Shown: positions 49,002-62,164 of the stretch, piece after piece | Layout of the letters: each line of letters starts with the position of its first letter | How positions within the stretch are numbered: position 1 is the stretch's first letter | NCBI GenBank assembly: GCA_951406725.2 | Contig: OX597819.1 | Location: 77,066,001-77,130,000, forward strand | Reading direction: 5' to 3' | DNA from: Octopus vulgaris | Lineage: Eukaryota | Length of the DNA stretch: 64,000 nt | Program-made: the position numbers and the translations under genes | Notes under the pieces: generated by a model | Database searches by the model: none | What the model saw: only the letters and a program-made list of their open reading frames with translations | What the model was told of the DNA's origin: nothing

Positions 49002-49381
49002 TCTATATATATATATAAATGTGTAATAGTGTCTGTTTTGGGTTACGCTAGCATACCCCCCCCCCCCCAATCCCTCGTCCAACTGATTTTAATGATTTTT
49101 GGCACATAGGTAGATCACATGCCTGAAGTTCAAATAAGGCCAGAATTTTTCAAAAACTCAACAATGCTCAGTTGGCATCAGTTTTTGTGAGCTCAATTGG
49201 GCATTTTGAATGGAAATTTTCATAACGATGTTATTTTTCCTGCAGGTTTTGCATTATTTCACATGTAAAATTTCAACAAAATCAATAGAATAGTCTCTAA
49301 GGAAATGCTTATTCAATACAAGGTCAGAGGTGGGCTTAACTTCAACACAGAAAACACAAGCAACGGTGAGTTCAACAGCCA

Positions 49382-49382
<1 letters not shown>
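49002..49382 (+). mobile_element. Older non-autonomous Helitron
   Basis: Starts A|TCTATATATATATATAAA. CAACTGATTTTAATGATTTTTGGCACATAG resembles the same region of the neighbouring Helitron. The decayed 3' end is CACAAGCAACGGTGAGTTCAACAGCCAG|T. Confidence 0.7.
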
Positions 49383-49415
<33 letters not shown>

Positions 49416-50040
49416 CTTTTACTGGTTTTAGTCTTTGGAATGTGGTCATGTTGGGGCACTGCTTTCAAGGGCTCAGTTGATCATATCAATTCCAGTATTT
49501 ATTTCAGCCTCTTAGTTGTTTTGTTGATTTCAATTCATCAACCTGAGGCTACAGTAGAAAATACTTACCTAAGATGGTGCTACGCAGTAGGTTTGATCCT
49601 TGAACCTGGTTGTTGTGAAATGAATTCCTTAATCGCATATCTCTGTATGTGTGCAAGGGTGGGAGACATATGTGCATGTATGAAACAAGTTTCAGTATTT
49701 TATTTTCATCTTATATTCATTAATTATGATTTGGTTTAGCAATTATCGTTTTAATTTGTAATTGGTAAAAGGTTCATTAAGCTCTGATTATGACATTTTG
49801 TTAGAACTAAAATTGCTGTATAAAGTCTTCAGACTTAAAGTGTTAATAATGGCTTAAAGGATAAACTCCTGACTGCTTAGTTTATAGAGAATCATCCATC
49901 TTGTGTTGTTCACAAAAGTTGTTGTACTGTGTTTCTGAGCAGTTCTTTATTTATTTCAATCAATGCAGTTGGAAAATTATGTATAGAAATGGAAGATGTG
50001 AAGTTGATCTCTGACATAGTTGAGACTTGACTCACTGTGC

Positions 50041-50222
50041 TTAACTAGCCATATTCAGCTCAAATATTCTACTTGTTTTATCTTCAAACAAACCAGATTT
50101 GGCCTCGCACACCTATATTAAAATGCCTTTCTAAAAATGAACGTTTGCATCATTGATTAAGTCAATACCATGTGGGTAAATAAACATTACATGATACAGT
50201 AATCTGAATGTTAAAGGATTAA
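50041..50222 (-). mobile_element. MITE family E, decayed
   Basis: Ends AATCTGAATGTTAAAGGA|TTAA. The interior resembles 46367-46573. Confidence 0.7.
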
Positions 50223-50812
50223 ATCATACTGAGACATTTGTTTTAAGTTCTGTTGATGATCCTAAATTTTTTCTCAACTCATATGATATTTATGCAAAAT
50301 AGTTCAACCTTGTTTCTTTCTAGCATGAAGTTGTAATTACAGTTCTTTTTGAATGAACAAGTATAAAATATTTGTCAATTTGTATGTAAACTCCTATGAA
50401 TTTGAAGAATTTTACAAGATTATCAAAGATGAAAATTTGAAGTGAGATTGCAATGAAAATGCACATGACATGTTTATATATGAAATCATTATGTGTAATT
50501 AAACAACTAAGGAATATTCTAAAGAGTACTTGAAACTGATGCAAAGTGTCACAGTCAGGTACAGAAAATTAGACTGGATAATTAGTCTGTATATTAAAGG
50601 AAGTTGTTTATATATCTTTAAAGTTGAAAGCAATCAAGATATGTTATGAATATATTTTGACTGCTATTAATTTTAGAACTTTATTGCTTTGGGGAATTTA
50701 TTAGCTAAAAATAACACCGAAGTTACCTAAACTATTTCTTAAATTCACTTATTAGAATTAATCACAGTGATTCTCAGAGTCCCAACTCTCATTCCTCCCC
50801 TTGCAGTATCCG

Positions 50813-51034
50813 GTTCACTCAGCAGTAGAAATAAGCTGCAACACCACCGGTGCCAAGTTGTATCACCCTTTGCCTTTCCCTTGGACAACGTGGTGCCATG
50901 GAAAGAGGAGACTGATATGCATGGACAGCTACTGGTCTTCCACAAAATAACGTTGCCCAAAATTATGCCTCAGAGGGAAGCTTTTTAGGTACAATTCCAT
51001 GTTCATTTGTGACCAAAGGGTGTCTTTACCCTTT
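50813..51034 (+). mobile_element. SINE family C, 3' part
   Basis: GTTCACTCAGCAGTAGAAATAAG...TTTGCCTTTCCCTTGGA...GTCTTTACCCTTT. Confidence 0.85.
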
Positions 51035-51620
51035 ACAACATGCAAAGTATATTCCTCTTGTTGAAAGAATAAGCTCTGTTTGAAAGTTCTCCTCTGCCTG
51101 AAATTCCACCTCAATTTCTACCCTGTAAGAAATTACATGTTTTAGATTTGAAATTCTTCCCAAGTGCCTCCTGTTTAAGAACCATTGATTCTTCACTTAC
51201 TTCACAAGATTTAATCTGTGAGGAATTAACTTGGAGGAGCATAGAATTTTAGTTGAATGAACATATGCTTTTTATAATGCAATCATTGTAGCTGTTTTTC
51301 CATCTAAATTTAATAAATAATCCATTATTTTGATTCCAAGTCATTGCTGGCAGGTTTTATCTCATTGCTTTGTGGTTACTAAAAATGAATATCATTACTT
51401 ATAATTCAATTGTCTATTCTCTACATCTACAAATATTGATGTAGCTATTAGTTAAGCACATTTATAATTCAGCCCAAACTGAAGTCATATGAGAGCAGCA
51501 AATAACATGCACTGTGGGTTGACATATTATTGGCTTCAGTCCACTTAGCTTGGAAATAGAAACCAATTTCTTTTTCCAATGGACAAATGCCATGTACTAA
51601 TGCACAAGTCCAAATTTGGT

Positions 51621-51653
<33 letters not shown>

Positions 51654-52439
51654 GCATGCCAAAAATATTGTGTGTGTGTGTGTGTGTGTGTGTGTGCACG
51701 TGCTCTAATCCTTCTGCAAATTCCAAGGTTTTATATATCAAATGCTTAATTTCTGTTTTTATAGGGTGAACAAAAGGGTGGTATCAGCTATCTTGATATG
51801 ATGGTGGTAATTGTATCCAAAAGAATTGGATAAAAAAAACTGAGTAACTGTAGAAATTAAGGTATTCTGTACCAAGATACAAGGAAGTACCTACAGTGGA
51901 ATTTGAGATAATTCTTCACAATCCGTCATTACCCACTCTAGCATTTATCATACATGTACAATCACACCCGCATATACACTATCTTTTATGTGTTGTTATC
52001 TTTACTTAATGTTGCTATACATACCCACGCACTTTATTTATTTTCATATGTGTGTGTGTGTGTGTATTTACATATGTGCATATAATTTGCTGGCTGATTC
52101 TGGGGTGAAGGGTTAGTGTCATGGCTTTCCTGAACCCTCCAAATCTTATCTCTCTCTCTCTCTCGTCTTGGTAGTCCCATAGGACTCCCCTTCATAGAGG
52201 TTTCAGTTGCGCATATTACAAGAGTCACAGGGCACTGCTCCTGATGTTCCCGCAGTTTCCATCTAACTAGGAATATTAGGGTCACATCCATAGTCTTGTA
52301 TTCAAGATCCTCTGCATGACATCCTGTTATGGCTTGGTATATATATATATATATATAATACACAAATATGTACGTAGATATACATGCATAGACATACATG
52401 CATGCACAAGTAGGTGTATACACACAAACATATATACTC

Positions 52440-52632
52440 TTTTACTTTTTTCAATCATTTGATTGTGGCCATGCTGGAGCACCATTTTCAGTTGAACAAA
52501 TTAACCCCAGGACTTATTCTTTGTAAGCCTAGTTCTTACTCTATTGGTTTCCTTTGCCAAACTACAAAGTTACAGAGATGTAAACCCACCAACATCGGTT
52601 GTCAAGCAATGGTGGGAGAACAAACACAGACA
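52440..52632 (-). mobile_element. SINE family A, 3' half
   Basis: GTGGCCATGCTGGAGCACC...GGACTTATTCTTTGTAAGCCTAG. Confidence 0.88.
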
Positions 52633-53027
52633 GAAACATCATCATTATGATCATCGTCGTTTAATGTCCACTTACACACACAATGGACTTCTTTCAGCCT
52701 CTGTCTGTATATATGTATAATATACATATGTGTATGTATATAATGGAAGATAGAACTAGGTCCACTCATATCAGCTGCTAGCAAAAAGGAATGCATGTTT
52801 CTTGTCTTGTAATTTTATTTCATACATTGTCATGACATCTTGATTTATTATATCAATAATCTTGTCTGGCAAGAGTGAAAAATGCTGACATTAAAATGCA
52901 ACACACAACTGAAATGACCGAATGGGTTGGGAACTTGGCTACTAGTCCATATACATAATTAATTCAAATAGTGTAAATTAGCAAAAGATAATTACCATAC
53001 TCTGTTCTGTTTCACTGATTTATTATT

Positions 53028-53072
<45 letters not shown>

Positions 53073-53240
53073 GTATTGGGAATTTTAGCATGTTAGAAAT
53101 CATGGAACCATAAAATCTATACTTGCTTTGATAGGTTGTTGAAATATCTGCATTGAAATAATCATCTACTTCATATAAATGTCAGTATTGAAGAATACTT
53201 GTATTTGTAAAAACAAAGCTGCTACTTGTTTTGTAGAATC

Positions 53241-53880
53241 AGGTGCAAGCATAAGGTGTGTTGATAAGGAGCTCGCCTTGCAATCCACATGGTTTTGGTG
53301 CCACAGCATGGCACCTTGGGCAAATATTTTCTACTATAGACTTGTGCTGACCTATGTCATTTAAGTGAATTCAGTAGACTGGAGACACTGTGGGGATCCC
53401 CCATGTGTGTGTGACTAGACAGAACCAGACAGACAGATAGATAAGGCGGTGAGCTGGCAGAAACATTAGCATGCCGGGTGAAACACAGTGGTATTTCATC
53501 TGCAGTTACGTTCTGAGTTCAAATTCCACCGAGTTCGACTTTGCCTTTCATCCCTTCAGGGTCAATAAATTAAGTACCAGTTACACACTGGGGTCAATGT
53601 AATTGACTTAATCCCTTTATCCTTATTTGTCCCATCTATGTTTAGCCCCTTGTGGGCAATAAAGAAACAGATAGATAGATAGATATGTGTGCTTGTGTTT
53701 CACAACTAGTGTTGTTTTGTTTACTTACATGAAACTTAACAGTTCAGCCTAAAAGACCAATTAGTATAAGTACCAGGCTTAAAAATAAGTGCTAGGGTTG
53801 ATTTGTTTTTCTGAGCCTTCCAAGGTGGTGTCCCAGCATGGTTGCAGTTCAGTGACTGAAACAAGTAAAATATAAAAGAT
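53241..53880 (+). mobile_element. SINE family A with a nested full-length SINE B (53444-53667)
   Basis: The B copy is flanked by ACAGATAGATA on both sides, inside the microsatellite of the A copy. Confidence 0.88.
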
Positions 53881-53957
53881 AATGTTAAAAGAAAAAAGAA
53901 AAAACCAATAATGAAAGTAGAGTTTTGACTCTTCCCCCATATTATTTTGATTACTTG

Positions 53958-54298
53958 TGGGTCAGTGGTTAGAACATTGGGCTCACAATCATGAGGTAGT
54001 GAGTTCAATTCCCAAACCAGGCTGTGTGTTGTGTTCTTGAGCAAAACACTTTATTTCATGTTGCTCCAGTTCACTCAGCTGTAGAAATGAGTTGTGACGT
54101 CACAGGTGCCAAGCAGTATTGGTTTTTTGCCTTTCCCATGGATAACAGTGGTATCCAGGAAAGGAGAAGCTGGTATGCATGGGCAACTGCTGGTCTTTCA
54201 TAAACAATCTTACCTGGACTTGTACCTTGGAGGGGAACTTTCTGAATGCAATCCCATGGTCATTCATGGCCAAAGGGGGTTTTTACCCTTTACCCTTT
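53958..54298 (+). mobile_element. SINE family C, full length
   Basis: tRNA-like head CAGTGGTTAGAAC...GAGTTCAATTCC, then TTGTGTTCTTGAGCAAAACACTTTATTTCA, and a (TTACCCT)n tail. Confidence 0.9.
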
Positions 54299-57200
54299 TA
54301 TGACAGCTATTTGACATTATATTTGGAGCATATTATGTAATGTTTTGATTGTTTCTGTTGTTGTTTAACCCCCAGGTCAGTTCTAAGTGAGCAGATCTGT
54401 GACCAAAGTCATTTCAGGCATGACCATTTTGTCTTTTTGGTTGTTTTAATGAAATACACTACGTATCTCAATTTTGGAAATGTCCAGCAATTTATTTGGA
54501 TAGATTTACTGAAATAATCAACTTTGTCATACTTAAGACACTATTCAGAACATAATTTAGTAAAAGGGTCTTTCATAAAATTATGATAGAAAGTCTGAAA
54601 ATAAAATATAAATATTTTGTTTTTATATTTGGTTTGCAAGATTTTTTTATGTGAATTCATGTGTTGAAACAAATTTTTTTGTGTTTTGGGAGAGTCATTA
54701 TGCCAATAATAGCAACAACACACAGGTACACTTCCACTTCTTTATTATTAGACAACTGGTTAAGTATCTGTCCAACTAACTTATTGATCATTTGTTTAGC
54801 GTGTTGGTTAAACTGTCAATCGGTTTGTTTGTTCGTTTAAGTTATTTTGTTTCTTGCCATTCTCAACCTCTTCAGTGACTTGTGATCTTCCAACTCACTT
54901 TGAAAGCTGCTTTCATTTTATTGATGTAATACCTCTCTCCTAAGACTCAACAAAAGTTTTCTGGCAAATAGATTGGTACTGGGGCTGATTAGAGACAGGT
55001 TTGGCTTCTATTACAAGCCATCTCATAGAGTTGATTCTCTTGTTGGTTTCTGGTTTATGCAAATAAATTCTTTTTTTTTTTTTCTTTCTATTTGGTATTC
55101 CATTTTCATATGTCTGAATATAGGTATAATTTATTCAAATTTCAAAACTGATAAACAAATGTTTACACAGTTTCCATTTACCAAATTTTTTTCCACTCAC
55201 AAAGTTATTGGTCTGCCCAAGGTGCCACACACTTTCATTGAACCTAATCAAACATGGTCCTGTGTGGTCAATAATTTTATTTCAGAGCAAATTGATTAGT
55301 AATTAATTGGTAATTATAAAAAGAAATATTAATACTGGTTTCAGATATTGCTTTTAATTTTCCATGTATAGCTATGTTGTTATTGGTAGCTTTCTGTTGT
55401 TAGTCTTCATGCTGCTGTTTAGACTCCAATCAGCCCTTGCTAATCATACTTATTATTAAAGTCATTCCAGCCATGACCACTCTCTCTTGTACACTGGCTA
55501 TCTTGGACTATATTATTCAATGTGTTCCATCTTCGTTTTTTTTTTAAGAGGACAGTGTGTAAATTGAAGCTGGTTTTAAATAGTTCTTCTGTTCTCAAAA
55601 ATTCTTTGTGACTGTTGTATCATTAATCATATGCTGTTCTTATAAAACCATTTATGGTCGCTTTCATGGTTATATTATCCAAGTGTTGTCATAAGTTATA
55701 TTAGGTTCAAACTCTGGATCAGAAATAACTGTTTTAGTTCATTTTTCTTTGTGCATTTGCTTTAATCATCTTCCCTCTCAGTTGCATTTCATTTTATTCT
55801 TCACTTCTCAAATCATTTTCTACTACTACACTCCACTCCCTGTTTACCATACACTTTGAAATTCCCATTTAATTCTAGTTCCTTTATTGGTGTATTTAGT
55901 ATGACATTATAGGCTATAAATGTTGTTGTTCTTCATATATGTATTTTGCATTTTATCTGTGTTAGATGAAACTTTTTCTAAAATTCTTTGAACTGGTTCA
56001 TATGCAAGTGTGTGCATGCGTAATCTCTCTCTCTCTCTCCCACACACACACACTATATTCTAATCATTGATCAATGCACTGCTTTTACTTTACATTTTCG
56101 AGACCTTTTGTCCTCTCAGTACTATAAAAGGAATGAAAAAAAAAACAAACAAAAAAATCTATCCCATTATTCCCAATATTTTTATTGCTTCTGTCAGCTT
56201 GATAGTTTCTGGCTTTTAAAGTATTGACATATTACAGTATGTGATGACTATATTCACTCTATGAATCTTTTAGTGGAATATCTTAAAATAAATGTTAATA
56301 TGTATAGAATTATGGCTGATAATATCTCTATGGCTCTGCTGCACCACATTCAAGGGATTATTGTGCCCGTGTATGTGTTTTGTATCCTATATGCTTTGAA
56401 AATTATATATAATGCATTGCATAATGTTTCTGAGAATTTGTTTTAAGTGTGCATTCTTCTTACTGTAGCTTAGCTCTGGTTTCATAGCAAAAACATGAAT
56501 AAGAGATAAATCTCCTACCTAGGAAAGATGCCAATCTGTTGCAAGCAACATTCCCATGGTATCTGCTATGTTTCTTGACAGCAAGGTAAACCAAAGCACA
56601 AAGAGTTCTGATACAAGGAAACACAGCCAATAGGTTTTTAATTCAAGAATTTGTCAGCTGCTCTGCTCATATGGTCATCTTACCCACTACATGTAGAAAG
56701 TTAGTTCACTTTAAAATAACACCCATTTTATATTTTATCTACTTAATAAAAAGGAAAACTCGTGATTAGTAGTGGTTGATGTCTCAACCTATTACAGCTT
56801 GGTATCATAATTAACAAACAAATTATTCTAATTTTAAATCCTAATATTCTGGTATAGTTCAAAATGTTATATCTGCAAAACTGATGTTAATATAAAACTG
56901 ACTTTAGTCCTTTCCCACAATATCTTTCCAAAAGATTATTTGAAACTAGCGAAGTTTGAAGCTAAAAGTTTTTAACATAATCCATTATCAGTAAATCTAA
57001 CATTCTATGAGAACATTAAAAGCAGATAAGTGGAGAGAAAAAAATTATTAAAAGCTTTCCCTCTTTAGTTTCCTTTTTTTTTTTAAATGATGCTAATGCT
57101 TGAACATAGCAAGCATTATCTGCCATTTTTAACCTTTTCCCTATCAACTTACTTTAGACTCTCACTGATTTTCAAATACAAAACTTCTTATTGTAAATTA

Positions 57201-58397
57201 TATTTAAATTAAAAATACAATGATCTTACGCAAGAAATCTTTAAGTTTCATCAATATTTATATTTAAGTCTTGCTCACACTGTTTCTATTAAACATCCCT
57301 ACCAATAACTGTCATGTAGCTGTCTATTGTTTCCTATCTCTCTCTTCCATCACAGTCTTCTCTGTTTTGCTCAGGAAATCATTCAACCATAGAAAGCCTG
57401 CCAGTGTGAGATGATAGAATAATAACTCAGATTACATGTTTACTGAAACTAACAACCCTTCTAAGTTGTGCAGACATGGGCAATGGATAGGCATCATGAT
57501 GATGATGTTTGAAATACCGGCTTAATAATGTAAAAGTTATTTTAGTAAATATTTTTAAATAACTCTTTATTTTCAAAGTTAATTGAAATATTGTAAATAT
57601 TGCATTTCATTTGAATCATGGCCATGAAAGTGTTGGTCATACATTTTATCTATGTTTTCATTTTACTCAACATTCATCTCATTTAAAACAACTTGTTCTG
57701 TCCAGAGTCGTGAGTTCAAAAGTTCAGGAACTATGAGCTATATTGCTGATATGATGGGTATTATATTTAAATTTGTTTTTATAGTTAAATCTCCCTTGAT
57801 GAAAATAGAATTCTGTTGAAATGAGATTTCTCATAGTTTTCAATGAAAATGTAATAAACATTTTGCTATATAGTCTCAGTGTTTGTATATATATATATAC
57901 ATACATACATATATAGTTGCTTGTCTTTGTTCATTGCCAATTTCTTCAGAAATTGTTATTAGATCACACCTAAATTCACTATTCTAGCTAATAAGTGTTG
58001 CTTAGTTGATGTGTCAATGGTTTGGCTTATATTTCTTGAATGAATTGCTGTATAGATGTATAAAGCAAATGTGAAAATGAATAAAATGTGAGAAGTCAAT
58101 GTTACAACAGTAAATACTCTGAAGTATTGACAAAAGGAGAGATTTGATTACTGTTTTTTTACCACCTTTTTTTTCTCTTTTTACTTCACTTTCATGTTTG
58201 CCTTAATATAACTGAACTTCAGGTGTGACTGCATGGTTCAAAAGTTCACTTCTCAATCACATAAATCAGGCTGTTGGTCCCACTGTGTGACACTTCAAAT
58301 AAGCATCAATTTATTCAGGGATGACTAGTGTGTTAATCATCACCATCAACTATAACACACACACAAAGCAAATCATAAATGATAGCCTACTGAGTAC

Positions 58398-58443
<46 letters not shown>

Positions 58444-58819
58444 GTCAGATTTCTTACTGTAGCAGGGTCGATGTTTTGAACTACCATGAATCATTCTGAA
58501 GATTGGTCTGTTAGTTTACTTCTCAGCACAGTTGTATGTATGGGTGTACACACACACATATATATATTCCTTTATTCTTTTACTTGTTTCAGTCACTTGG
58601 CTGTGGCCATGCTAGATTACTTATGTATATGTATATTTTATATGCATCCGAATGTTGATGTAATATCCATTATATAACTAACAAGATTATGAAACAGCTG
58701 TAAGCAAATGGAATAAACATCTATTATCTCACTTCACTTAGCTGTTCTATTGATGTGTGTGTGTGTGTTTAGTGAAGCAAACAGAAGACTATAACTCAAA
58801 ACATGAGTATATATACATT

Positions 58820-59010
58820 CATCATCAACATTTAATGTCTGTTTTCCATGCTGGCATGGGTTGGATGGCTTGACAGAAACTGGCATGGTTTCTACAGCTG
58901 GATGCCCTTCTTAACTCCAACCATTGTACAGAGTGTACTAGGGACTTTTTACGTGATACCATCACGAGTGCTTTTCATGTGGCACAAGCATCCACACCAA
59001 TGCTTTTTAT
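58820..59010 (-). mobile_element. RTE-type 3' tail fragment
   Basis: TTTTCCATGCTGGCATGGGTTGGATGG...TTTCTACAGCTGGATGCCCTTC. Confidence 0.8.
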
Positions 59011-59302
59011 GTGGATTTTTGGTTTTGTTAATAATTAGCAGAAATTACAGTGACTCAAGCGCTGAAAGTTTCATGTACGAGTGCTTATCAAACTGGTTTC
59101 AAATCAAGGAGTCGTAAATTTATATTCCAGTAATTATGGAATTTCTCTGGATTGTGCATATGTATGCATACTTATCTTTAAATTTTCATTATTTGTTTGT
59201 TTGTTTATTGAACAGTGTAAAGGCCAAGCCATTATCCATGTAACATTGTAATTACTTTTAGAATTTGTTCCAGAACAAACCAGGGAAATGCTTTATTATC
59301 GG

Positions 59303-59333
<31 letters not shown>

Positions 59334-59464
59334 TTTCCTCAATCTGTATTCCTGTAAATACTGGCAAACAGAATAAATAGAAGTAGACAGTTTCCTTTGA
59401 GAAAAATACTGTTCCATATGAACTGAAATTTCATAGATTTGTGTGTGTGCGTGCATGCACAGGC

Positions 59465-59730
59465 TTTTACTTGTTTCAGTCATTTGATTGTGGCCATGCT
59501 GGAGCATTGCCTTTAGTCAAGCAAATCGACCCTAGGACTTATTCTTTGTAAGCCTAGTACTTATTCTATCGGTCTCTTTTGCCGAAGTGCTAAGTGATGG
59601 GGACGTAAACACACCAGCATCGGTTGTCAAGTGATGTTGGGGGAAGAGGCTTGTGTACAGATTCTTTCTACCAAATTTCACTCACAAGGTTTTGATCAAT
59701 CAAGCTATAGTGGAAGTTACTTGCCCAAGC
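59465..59730 (-). mobile_element. SINE family A, 3' half plus a decayed head fragment
   Basis: Closely matches 59885-60050. Confidence 0.88.
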
Positions 59731-59860
59731 TTACAGGCAGTCAGGGTTTTTAACCTGATTTTGGATTTGTACTTTATTGTCAAGTACTCTTTTTACTAGC
59801 AGCTAAAGAAGTTTATGTTTGACATATACCTTCTGTATTATTTCAAAATTTGACACAATG

Positions 59861-60255
59861 TTCTTTGTTCTTGTTCTTTTGTTCTTTTACTTGTTTCAGT
59901 CATTTGACTGTGGCCATGCTGGAGTACCGCCTTTAGTCGAGCAAATCGACCCCAGAACTTTGTAAGCCTAGTACTTATTCTATTGGTCTCTTTTGCCGAA
60001 CCGCAAAGTTACGGGGACATAAACACACCAGCACCGGTTGTCAAGCGATGTAGGGGGAACAAACACAGACATACAAACATATACATATATACGACGGGCT
60101 TCTTCCAGTTTCCGTCTACCAAATCCACTCACAAGGCTTTGGTCAGCCCGAGGCTATAGTAGAAGACACTTGCCCAAGGTGCCACACAGTGGGACTGAAC
60201 CTGGAACCATGTGGTTGGTAAGCAAGCTACTTACCACACAGCCACTCCTACGCCT
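59861..60255 (-). mobile_element. Young full-length SINE family A (reference copy) with TSD ACAATG
   Basis: Head AGGCGTAGGAGTGGCTGTGTGGTAAGTAGC...GGTTCAGTCCC, tail GACTGAAACAAGTAAAAGAAC(AAGAAC)n. TSD at 59855-59860 and 60256-60261. Confidence 0.95.
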
Positions 60256-60294
60256 ACAATGCTAGTATTTTTTTTTGTATGTGAGGAAAAGGTT

Positions 60295-60460
60295 ATTCAT
60301 TTACTTTGACTTCAGTGCTCAACTGGTACTAAATTTCATTAGTCCCAAAAGATGAAAGACAAAGTAGACCTCAGTGGAATTTGAACTTTGAAACCTAATG
60401 AGTTGGAAGAAATACTGCTAAGCATTTTGTTTGATGTGTTAACAATTCTGCCAGCTCGCC
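60295..60460 (-). mobile_element. SINE family B, decayed
   Basis: AAGATGAAAGACAAAGTAGACCTCAGTGGAATTTGAAC...TTCTGCCAGCTCGCC. Confidence 0.85.
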
Positions 60461-62164
60461 ATGTTTATTCTCTATTAATGCAAGAGCAATCAAGTTCTCA
60501 TTTTCTTTGTGTTTCTTCTAAGGATATTGTATAGAATAATAAATTGTAGCAGTCAAATTTATTAGTGATGACAGTAGTTGATACATATTACTAATTGGTG
60601 TGAAACAAATGGTAAAATTATATTTTTGTCTAATGTTTCTTAGTGCAGTATGTGCCAGATTGATTGGTATGCTAATTAAGTCCTAAATTTATCTTATTCC
60701 ATAGTTGTCCTCATGAGAAATAAGTATATTAATATCATCAAAGAATGCTTATGATGGTAAACTTGTGCTTGATAGTGGTAGAATATTATTATAGGTTCTG
60801 TGGCATTTAGTTTCAGACACCAACTATTCATCCATTGATTGTTTTTAATAAGTAGCAGTAAATCTATTTTGAGTGTCTTTTGTATTGAAAGTAGATATGG
60901 AGTGGAATGTATTGAAGGCTTGGTGTAGCTATTGGCATTGAATGCAAGGCTTTCGAGGTTAGGTATGAAGCTAGCATAAGATACTGTTACAAAGCTCTGG
61001 AATTCATAACCTGCAAGTTACAGTTAGTGGAACTGATCTCACTTTCTTTACAACTACACATATTTCTCATAAATATTTTTTTGTTGCTAATACAGAATAT
61101 TTCATTAAGCATGCATCTCGGTGTCATTCTTTAACAAATTCATTTTGCCTGTATTATGTTTATCAGCTAAGTGTGAACTTGGCAATTGGCTTGCTCTCAG
61201 ATCTTCTCTCATGTTACTTTGTATCTCATCTCTACCACAAGGTATCTTTTGTGCCTTAAAAGAAGTCAACAGTAGAATTTTAACATTTATAGTCTTATCG
61301 CAATTAGCAATATTACAAACACAACAGACTTTGTTGTGATGCTTAATTTCAACAGTTAACACCCTGCTGTGTTTATGTGTGTTACTCGAGGATGCATCCA
61401 AGTTGTTGGTAACTTATCAGTTTGAGGTACAAACCTTACACACTTTCTGATTATGCTATATGACAGCAGGAACCTCTTCTCATAGTGCAGAGCTTAGAAT
61501 GTAAAAGGCAATGAATACATCATACGTGTGGTAAAAATCTATTAAAATGTGCTCCTAACATCTGTTCTATTTAGAAAAATGTGAAGTGGAGTCGGATTTC
61601 ATTCTCAAATTACGCTGTTGCCGATGACAGCAGATGCTTTTAAGGTATGACATCCACCGAGTAATTGTATTGATAGATCTTGGAGTGTGTCACCTGTAAA
61701 ATAGATCATATCTTTTACACTTGAATATTTCTTATGCTGCTGCAGTGCTGATGGAACAAACATGAACAAATATAATTTGTTTAGTTGTCAACTACTGTGC
61801 TATTTTATGCCAGAATTTAGTCAAATAATATGGTGTGGAATGTTTATTTTTACCTGAATAAATTTTAAAATAAATAAAGAAAATATACTGATGGAAATTG
61901 AAAGAGGCATCTGTTTGTTCTTAAAGGAAACCTCACAATTTGTTTTCCATACAAAGAACTAAAACTCTATTCAAGTTTCTTAATAATGTTTCTTTCTTTG
62001 CAGTTTCCATTTGGATAACTCTTTCTCCAGTTGTCTGCATATGCTTATGTAGAACTGATTAGATTCTCATGTCACTTTGAATTATGTATAAAAAAATGTT
62101 TGTATCACTCTGCCTGTTTTGCTTCTGTTTAGAAATAATCTTCATTACATAACAAATGACACTG

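Noticed and set aside
53958-54030. tRNA gene, or let-7 (TGAGGTAGT at 53992)
   Set aside because: This is the tRNA-derived head of a SINE with no complete cloverleaf. The let-7 match is only 9 nt and has no hairpin.
54760-54830. Possible pre-miRNA hairpin
   Set aside because: Pairing is short and interrupted, no better than chance in AT-rich DNA.
58640-58720. Hammerhead ribozyme around GAAACAGCTGTA
   Set aside because: There is no intact CUGANGA box or convincing stems I and II upstream. At most it is a decayed remnant.
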